A DNA stretch of 25,358 bases from an uncultured Planctomycetia bacterium (GTDB lineage Bacteria; Planctomycetota; UBA8108; UBA1146; JAJFFE01): assembly GCA_964482505.1 (NCBI GenBank), contig CAYZYD010000001.1:1-25358 (forward strand), written 5' to 3'. The position numbers were made by a program, and so were the translations under genes. Under the pieces are notes generated by a model. It had not been told where the DNA came from, made no database searches, and saw only the letters and a program-made list of their open reading frames with translations. Shown in pieces: positions 1-5,889 of this stretch. Numbering within the stretch: position 1 is the stretch's first letter; the number at the start of each line of letters is the position of its first letter.

Positions 1-433
1 GAAGCGGCCCCGAGACCCCGACCGTCAAGTGGAGACTCCCGCTCAATAGACCCGCCCCGAAGGCGTGCGAGCTACGATCGAAACGCGGGCGCCAAGTCGA
101 CGGGATCAAAGCCACGACGAACGGCAGCAGTCCGAGCCCGATCTCGATTTGCGTGCGACTCAAGACCCATGCCTCGGTCGCTAGCAGAAAGATGAGCGCG
201 GTCGTGCTGAGCCCGAGCAGATAGGGTCCGAGCGCCCGAAAGTCGGCGTAGCCGATCAGCCCGAGAGACCGGGCTGCATTCGCGATGCCTTGGGTCACTC
301 CGTGTGCGAAGAGCGCCTCGGCGGGAGAGAGCAGGGCGAGGTAAACTCCCATCAGGAGAAGACCCCCCGCCATCCCGAAGACCCCGCTCAACCCCGAAGT
401 CAAAAGTACCGCCAACACGATGACTACCAGCAT
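1..433 (-). CDS. Sulfite exporter TauE/SafE (TSUP) family membrane protein, 3' end truncated by the window edge
   Basis: Not in the ORF track; translated by hand from the ATG at 433, which has AGGAGG 6 nt upstream. It reads MLVVIVLAVLLTSGLSGVFGMAGGLLLMGVYLALLSPAEALFAHGVTQGIANAARS...GLLSGSLHLTVGVSGPL with no stop before base 1. The protein is hydrophobic with the TSUP-type SG.FG..GG and G..GP motifs. Confidence 0.8.
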   Translation of the reverse strand, partial: MLVVIVLAVLLTSGLSGVFGMAGGLLLMGVYLALLSPAEALFAHGVTQGIANAARSLGLIGYADFRALGPYLLGLSTTALIFLLATEAWVLSRTQIEIGLGLLPFVVALIPSTWRPRFDRSSHAFGAGLLSGSLHLTVGVSGPL

Positions 434-502
434 GATCGACCTCCTGACGAGGAGTATCGATATCGGGCAAGCATGCTTCTAACGAATGTTCAGAATCGTT
501 AC

Positions 503-519
503 TATTCAATAAAGGAATA
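503..519. promoter_or_regulatory. Putative LysR-type regulator binding site (T-N11-A inside a perfect 5-bp inverted repeat)
   Basis: TATTC-aataaag-GAATA, with T505 and A517 separated by 11 nt. It sits in an AT-rich patch about 70 nt upstream of the TSUP start, between the divergent TSUP and LysR genes. Confidence 0.65.
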
Positions 520-743
520 TTAGCAGCCTGCCCGAAAAACTGCTTTCGAGGCGGGAGGCTGAGATTTCGAGCCCATTGCGCCCGGCGAATCGAAGGCGTA
601 CAGGTCATACTTCGAGGTATCTGTCGGGGGGCTGGGCGAAGGAAGCTCGGCCTCCCGCGCGGAATGAGCGTTTCGGGCGGGCTGCGAGAGAGAGAGGTCG
701 GGTCGCCGTGAATCCGCCAAAGTCGCCGCTCAAGAGTCGCTCG

Positions 744-1625
744 GTGATCGAGTGTCTCGAGACGCTTCATACGATCCAGCTCGCGGGAACGATGACCGCC
801 GCCGCCGAGCGGCTCCGACTGACTCAGGGCACCATCTCAAAACGGGTTCAACAGCTTGAACGCCAGTACGGCGAAGCTCTGGTGGAGAGAATCGGTCGGC
901 GCGTCCAGTTGACTCGAGCCGCGGAACGACTCCTCGTACGCGCCCTGCCGCATCTCCTCGGGCTCGAGCAACTCGTCGAGCAACCCCCCGAGGCGTGCAA
1001 TCTCAGATATCTCAGCCTCGCCATAAGCGAGTCGATCCTCGCCTCCTGGGGCGCGAGGACGCTCCGCGAAACTCTCGAGCGATTCCCGGAGCTCAAGCTC
1101 GAACTGCACACCCACCGCAGTCCCGTGGTGGTCGCCGGAGTGAGCTCGGGCCGCTACCAACTCGGAATCGCTGCGGGTCGATACTCGGCCACGGAATCGC
1201 TGAGTGTCGATCCGCTCGGCCACGAGGCTCTGTCGGTGGTGGGGAAGCTGCCCGACCCCTTACCAAAGCGCGCGCCTTTGCGCGTCCTTTCGATCGAAAG
1301 AAACTCGGGCACGGGACAAGCGATCAAGACGCAGCTCGAGGCCGCGGTCCCGGCTCTGGAGATCGAAAGAGAGCTCGAGTCCTTTGGGGCGATCACCCAA
1401 CTCGCACTATCGGGTTTCGCGCTGGGGCTCGTGCCCAGCGGACTCGCGGCTACTTACCGCATTCCGGCTCGCAAGCGACTCGATACCGATATCGTCCGCC
1501 CGATCGTCGCAGTCTCGCGACGCGGCACCGGAACCGACGCGGCTCTCCGTGAGTTTATCGACGAATTCGGCCGGCGAGCGATGAGCGTCCTCACCGATGC
1601 GAAGAAGCCCCAACGGTCGGAATGA
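744..1625 (+). CDS. LysR-family transcriptional regulator
   Basis: N-terminal LTTR winged HTH (LETLHTIQLAGTMTAAAERLRLTQGTISKRVQQLERQYGEALVERIGRRVQLTRAAE) followed by a substrate-binding domain. GTG744 was chosen because it gives the canonical start of the HTH (293 aa); the track's start at 576 is probably over-extended. Confidence 0.92.
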   Translation: MIECLETLHTIQLAGTMTAAAERLRLTQGTISKRVQQLERQYGEALVERIGRRVQLTRAAERLLVRALPHLLGLEQLVEQPPEACNLRYLSLAISESILASWGARTLRETLERFPELKLELHTHRSPVVVAGVSSGRYQLGIAAGRYSATESLSVDPLGHEALSVVGKLPDPLPKRAPLRVLSIERNSGTGQAIKTQLEAAVPALEIERELESFGAITQLALSGFALGLVPSGLAATYRIPARKRLDTDIVRPIVAVSRRGTGTDAALREFIDEFGRRAMSVLTDAKKPQRSE

Positions 1626-1664
1626 CCGGCGGGGCTTCGGCAACTAATCGGAAACCAAACTTCG

Positions 1665-1832
1665 CTAGTGTCCTGTTCGAAAAGTTCGAGCAAGAATCGC
1701 CGGCCCTCGACCTCCCTGGCGTTGTTGCCGCTCCTCGAAGGAGTTACCAATCCGACTTGCGTCGCGGCGCCTAGCCAGGAAGGCCGAATGGCTCGCCGAG
1801 TTCTCACTCGAACTTTCCGAACAGGACACTAG
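1665..1832. mobile_element. MITE-like non-autonomous element: 22-bp terminal inverted repeats flanked by CTAG
   Basis: The left end TGTCCTGTTCGAAAAGTTCGAG (1669-1690) and right end CTCGAACTTTCCGAACAGGACA (1807-1828) are reverse complements with one mismatch. CTAG flanks both sides (1665-1668 and 1829-1832). The interior is self-complementary, there is no transposase, and a related half copy lies at 19863-19934. Confidence 0.75.
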
Positions 1833-2905
1833 AGCGGCACCTGCCACTGATCCTCGCGAACGTTATTGGCGATCTTGAGCGCCCCCGTCGCGACGAGCAG
1901 TCGGTAGTCTTCGGGGATTACGACGGTCGCCCCTTCGTAGCCTTCGCCGCGAAGCTTCTGCTGAATCAGATCCTTGAGACCGCGGATCTGCGAACCGCCT
2001 CCCGCAAGGATGATGTTCTGAAGCACATGCTCAACGGCGTCCGACTCGACCTTCGAGAGAAGCTCACGAATCGAACTCAAGATCGGCTCGACCACAACCT
2101 CGCAGCATTCGTTCATAATGTCTGAGAAGTCGACCGTCTTCGGCTTACCGTCGACGTAAACCTTGATCTTCGCGTCCTTCTTCTTACCGACGAAGGCGTG
2201 ATTCTCCTTCATCTTGGTGATCGTGACGCGAGTGAGTCGGATATCGGGGAAGCGTTTGGAGATGATCTCTTGGAGTCGCTCGTCGATCGCGTCGCCTGCG
2301 ACCGGAACACTGACCTGATCGTTGGGGCCCGGATAGTAACCCTGCACGAGACAGCAGTCGGTCGTTCCCGCTCCGATATCGACGATCAGCGAGTGCTTCG
2401 TCGGATCGATATAGCTTGCGTCCTCAACCGCGCGCTCGTCGTCGCGCAACCCCATGGCCGCGAGGAAGGGCTCGGGCACAATCAGGATTCGGTCGAGCAC
2501 TCCGGCGAAGACCGATCGAATGATTTTCTGCTTCTCCTCCGACGCATTGGCGGGTGCCCCGACGATGCCCCAGAGTTCGCTATTACCCTTGGGATCGATC
2601 TGTTCGCGCAGGAACTTGGCGAAGTCACCGCAGACTTTGGGGTCGTCGACAAAGCCCTTCTTGAGCGGCCACTTGAGATCGAGGTGGAGCCGATACTCGA
2701 GCGCATTTTCTCCGAAGAGCACGTTGTTGTCGGTCGGGAGGATGCCCGGAATGATGCCCGGCTTTGAGTAGCCGACGAGCGACGGGTAGACGCACTGCTC
2801 GTAGTTGATCGGCTTGCCATCTTTTGAGGCGCGAAAAACGCTAGTGTTGGTTCCGAGGTCGATACCGACACGGAGAATGGTCTTGCTTGCGGTCTTCTCC
2901 GCCAT
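1829..2905 (-). CDS. Actin-like ATPase, MamK-like rather than canonical MreB
   Basis: Actin-fold motifs GIDLGTNT, VPEPF, VDIGAGTTD and LAGGGS. It shares PGPxDQV and LQNIxxAGGGSxIRGL with MamK as I recall that sequence. ATG2905 has AGGAG 7 nt upstream; 358 aa. Confidence 0.88.
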   Translation of the reverse strand: MAEKTASKTILRVGIDLGTNTSVFRASKDGKPINYEQCVYPSLVGYSKPGIIPGILPTDNNVLFGENALEYRLHLDLKWPLKKGFVDDPKVCGDFAKFLREQIDPKGNSELWGIVGAPANASEEKQKIIRSVFAGVLDRILIVPEPFLAAMGLRDDERAVEDASYIDPTKHSLIVDIGAGTTDCCLVQGYYPGPNDQVSVPVAGDAIDERLQEIISKRFPDIRLTRVTITKMKENHAFVGKKKDAKIKVYVDGKPKTVDFSDIMNECCEVVVEPILSSIRELLSKVESDAVEHVLQNIILAGGGSQIRGLKDLIQQKLRGEGYEGATVVIPEDYRLLVATGALKIANNVREDQWQVPL

Positions 2906-2953
2906 GCAGGGGCTCCTTTCAGCCGCCACTCCCGACCCGAGCCGAGAGTTTCG

Positions 2954-2975
2954 GAGGCCAAGGGGGATCGGCCTC
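2954..2975 (-). other. Intercistronic stem-loop without a U-tract
   Basis: On the minus strand it reads GAGGCCGA-tccccc-TTGGCCTC, an 8-bp stem with one G:U pair. It begins 2 nt after the stop at 2978 and lies upstream of the actin RBS. Confidence 0.45.
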
Positions 2976-2977
2976 TA

Positions 2978-5062
2978 TCACTTCTTTTTCGCGAGGTGAC
3001 CGTCGACGAGTCGCGGCTCGGCGAGCACGCGGATAATCGACGTATAGTCTTCATTCGACGCCGGAAAGAGTCGCGGCGCCATTGCTACGGATCGGCTCGC
3101 TTCGCGACGGAACTGAAGTAAAACCTGCGGGAATTCGGGACGGTCGGGTTCGTTGCGAACTACGACCCCGAGTTCGCCGGTGGCGAGTTCCACCCACGAT
3201 CCGACGAGGTAGAGCCCGTGCGCCCTGACGCAGCGAGCGAGACCCGCCTTGAGGACAGGTTCGGCGCCGAGTTTCCGGTAATGGCGTTCGACATGGGGGC
3301 GCCACCCCGCCACTCCGTCGGGCTTGGACCGAGTTAAGTGCGAGGCCGCTCGCCAGAGTTCGAGATCGCTACGCTCGAGCGCTCGATCTTCGCCGCAGTC
3401 GTAGCCCGGCAACTCGCGGAGATCGGCGACCGATTGCTCGAGCTTTTCAAAGAGTGGCGGCTCTTCATTGGAAGTATCGACGAGGGCGGCGAGGACAACA
3501 TCGCGCCAGCGCCGGGTGAACTCCGCTCCGGGCTCGAGTTCGACCCCGAGTATGGAAAGCGCAAAGGCGAGGCTCGACCAGCTCAGTTCAAATGGCGAGG
3601 GGTTCGGAGTCGGACGCGTAAGCTCAGAGAGCGCGAGCGCCCGACACCACTCGCCCGGGCTCGCCTCCTCAACGAGCCTGGCAAACGCTTCGAAGTCGAG
3701 CTCTTCACGATTGAAGATCGAGCGGAGGAGCGCCCGCCAAGCACGCTCGAGTCGCGCGAGCGATCGATACTCTGGAAAGGCTTCGAGCGACATCAACGGA
3801 CGGCATAGAGACAGGGCCGAGGATGGACTCGAAACGGTAGCAGTCGACGCTTGTGCCAACTCGGCTTCGACGGCGAGTCGCCGCTGTCGTTCGTCCTCGT
3901 ACTTGGCTCGGATCGAATCGACCGTCTCTTCGAGTTGGCTCGCTTCGGCGCGAACCCGCTCGAGCTCGGCATTTCGTTGCGCGATCAACGTGAGCAGCTC
4001 CCCGACTCCGCCGAGTAGTTCGGGATTCGATTCAGCCCCGCTAGTCCGCCCTGGTGATAGCCCAGGCGACGACGGTTCGCCGGCTTCTGTAGCGGGGCTT
4101 TTGACCTCTCGCGGCGCCCGAGGCGCGGGACGGTCCTCCTCGCGGATCCGCTTCGCCTTGGCCCGGAGTCGTTCTTGACCGGTGCGCGGCTCGTCGGGCG
4201 CCGCGGGTCGACTCGCCTCGAGAATGGGATCTTCAAAGTTCGCGAGCGGTCGCTCGGGCGGACGCTTCGAAGACTGCTTCTGCGCTTCGTGCGCGAGATA
4301 TGAGATAGCGCCCCCGTCGCGACGGCTCTCAATCGGCTGCTCTGCGGGCAGCGGCCGCCAACCCTCTGAAAACTCGAGTCCACTCTCGGGGATATCGTGG
4401 TAGTCGCGATCGTCCGAGGGGCTGTCGAGATAGGTGCGCTCGAGATCGAGATCTATTTCGAACGACTCCGGTTCGGAGAGCTCGATATCGACAAACGACG
4501 GAGCCGACTGGTAGGCGGTCGCTCCCGGCGACGAGCGGGTGTCGCCCTCTCTCTTGGATTGGCTCGGGCTCTCCCGAACCGGGCCAGGCGCGGGCTCGCC
4601 ACCACTGCCGAGCCGCTCTTCGAGCGCGGCCAAGATCTCGGCATCGGTCAGCCCTTCGAGACCCTCTTCGGTATCCGCTTCCGGATCGACGCCAAACGAA
4701 ATCGACCACTCGCCCGCGCTGGAACTCCCCTCCCACGGCGCGAACTCCTCCATCGGCGATAGGAACGGGGCTTCATCGAGCCGCGTCAACCGATCGAGTC
4801 CGGGGCCGGGCCCGATAAAGTTGAGCGCGCCACAAGCGCGAAGCGGAGCGACGTGCTCGAGCAGTTCGTGGATCGCACGCGTGTCGATGTAGGCGACGAG
4901 ACGAAAGTCGAGGTAGATCGCGAGCTCCGCGCCAGACTGCGCCTTCGAAGCGACCTCGGAGCGGAGCGGCTCCCAGTGATCGGGCTCGATCAAGAGCGAA
5001 TCAAACCGCCCCGACAAGACGAGGTGGAGCGCGTGCGCCTGGTGGTGGAACTCAAACTTCAT
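2978..5062 (-). CDS. Multidomain protein: STAS-like domain, acidic/Pro-rich linker, coiled coil, degenerate HD-GYP-like C-terminus
   Basis: ATG5062 overlaps the upstream stop (ATGA); 694 aa. STAS-like segment YLDFRLVAYIDTRAIHELL. Heptad stretch IAQRNAELERVRAEASQLEETVDSIRAKYEDERQRRLAVEAELA. The C-terminal GLYLVGSWVELATGELGVVVRNEPDRPEFPQV matches the YPvGSlVeLntGEvgvVv extension of HD-GYP proteins. Confidence 0.7.
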   Translation of the reverse strand: MKFEFHHQAHALHLVLSGRFDSLLIEPDHWEPLRSEVASKAQSGAELAIYLDFRLVAYIDTRAIHELLEHVAPLRACGALNFIGPGPGLDRLTRLDEAPFLSPMEEFAPWEGSSSAGEWSISFGVDPEADTEEGLEGLTDAEILAALEERLGSGGEPAPGPVRESPSQSKREGDTRSSPGATAYQSAPSFVDIELSEPESFEIDLDLERTYLDSPSDDRDYHDIPESGLEFSEGWRPLPAEQPIESRRDGGAISYLAHEAQKQSSKRPPERPLANFEDPILEASRPAAPDEPRTGQERLRAKAKRIREEDRPAPRAPREVKSPATEAGEPSSPGLSPGRTSGAESNPELLGGVGELLTLIAQRNAELERVRAEASQLEETVDSIRAKYEDERQRRLAVEAELAQASTATVSSPSSALSLCRPLMSLEAFPEYRSLARLERAWRALLRSIFNREELDFEAFARLVEEASPGEWCRALALSELTRPTPNPSPFELSWSSLAFALSILGVELEPGAEFTRRWRDVVLAALVDTSNEEPPLFEKLEQSVADLRELPGYDCGEDRALERSDLELWRAASHLTRSKPDGVAGWRPHVERHYRKLGAEPVLKAGLARCVRAHGLYLVGSWVELATGELGVVVRNEPDRPEFPQVLLQFRREASRSVAMAPRLFPASNEDYTSIIRVLAEPRLVDGHLAKKK

Positions 5063-5889
5063 CGGAGCGGCTCGAATGACGAAAGCCCTTCGGATCGCGC
5101 GAGCAACTCTTCGAGCTGTCCCGCGCTCGCTGGTTGGGAAGTGTTTCGGGTGTCGTAGAGGAGTGCTTCGCGCTGATCGGGCGCGGCTTCGAGAAGGCCG
5201 AGAAGCTCCTCGACTCGCGCATTCGCCAACCCGAGTTCTGCGCCGATCCCCGCCGGACCCGAACAGTCCGAGAGCAAGAAGTATCGCTCTAGTGCTTCGG
5301 CTAACTCGATCGGGTTCCACTCCTCGCGATCGAGATTGTCACGAATCCGGAGGCTGAGCGCCTCGCGTTCGCCGACCTTGAGGATCCGAGCGGGCACCGA
5401 ACTCCAACCGAGCGACTTCGCCGCGAGGAAACGACGGTGACCACTGATGATGCAGTAACTCGATTGTCGCGAATGGCGGAGCAGGATCGGTTCGATCATG
5501 CCGAGCTGATCGAGCGAATGACGCAGCGATTCAAACTTCTCGAGATCGGTCGAGAGCCGCGGGTAAAAACCGTCGGCACGGATGCGGTCGAGCCGAATCG
5601 CATGAATCCAGCGACTCGGGGCAAGCTTTCGGGCGAGCCAGTCCCGCAGGCTTGGCCGCGAATTCGTTCCGCAGAAGGGACATGCAGATCCCGGAACCTC
5701 GCCGCGACAGACGCGGCACCGATCGTGATCGCTTGCCGGCCCAGAGTCGAAGAGGCGACGGAAGAGCCACGACTCACAACTCGGGCAGCGAAACACCTTA
5801 CCGCGCGCCGGCTCCTCCTCTTGAAAGTCCTCCCCACAATTCGGACAGGCGAACTCGGGCGGCTCGAGTTCGAGATCAGACTCGGGCAC
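5059..5889 (-). CDS. ParB/Srx N-terminal (CTPase) domain protein with an N-terminal double zinc ribbon
   Basis: Four CxxC pairs (CPNC, CPSC, CRVC, CPFC), then LGMIEPILLR...IISGHRRFLAAKSLG...RDNLDREEWNPIELAEAL. GTG5889 has GGAGG 7 nt upstream; 276 aa. Confidence 0.85.
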   Translation of the reverse strand: MPESDLELEPPEFACPNCGEDFQEEEPARGKVFRCPSCESWLFRRLFDSGPASDHDRCRVCRGEVPGSACPFCGTNSRPSLRDWLARKLAPSRWIHAIRLDRIRADGFYPRLSTDLEKFESLRHSLDQLGMIEPILLRHSRQSSYCIISGHRRFLAAKSLGWSSVPARILKVGEREALSLRIRDNLDREEWNPIELAEALERYFLLSDCSGPAGIGAELGLANARVEELLGLLEAAPDQREALLYDTRNTSQPASAGQLEELLARSEGLSSFEPLR

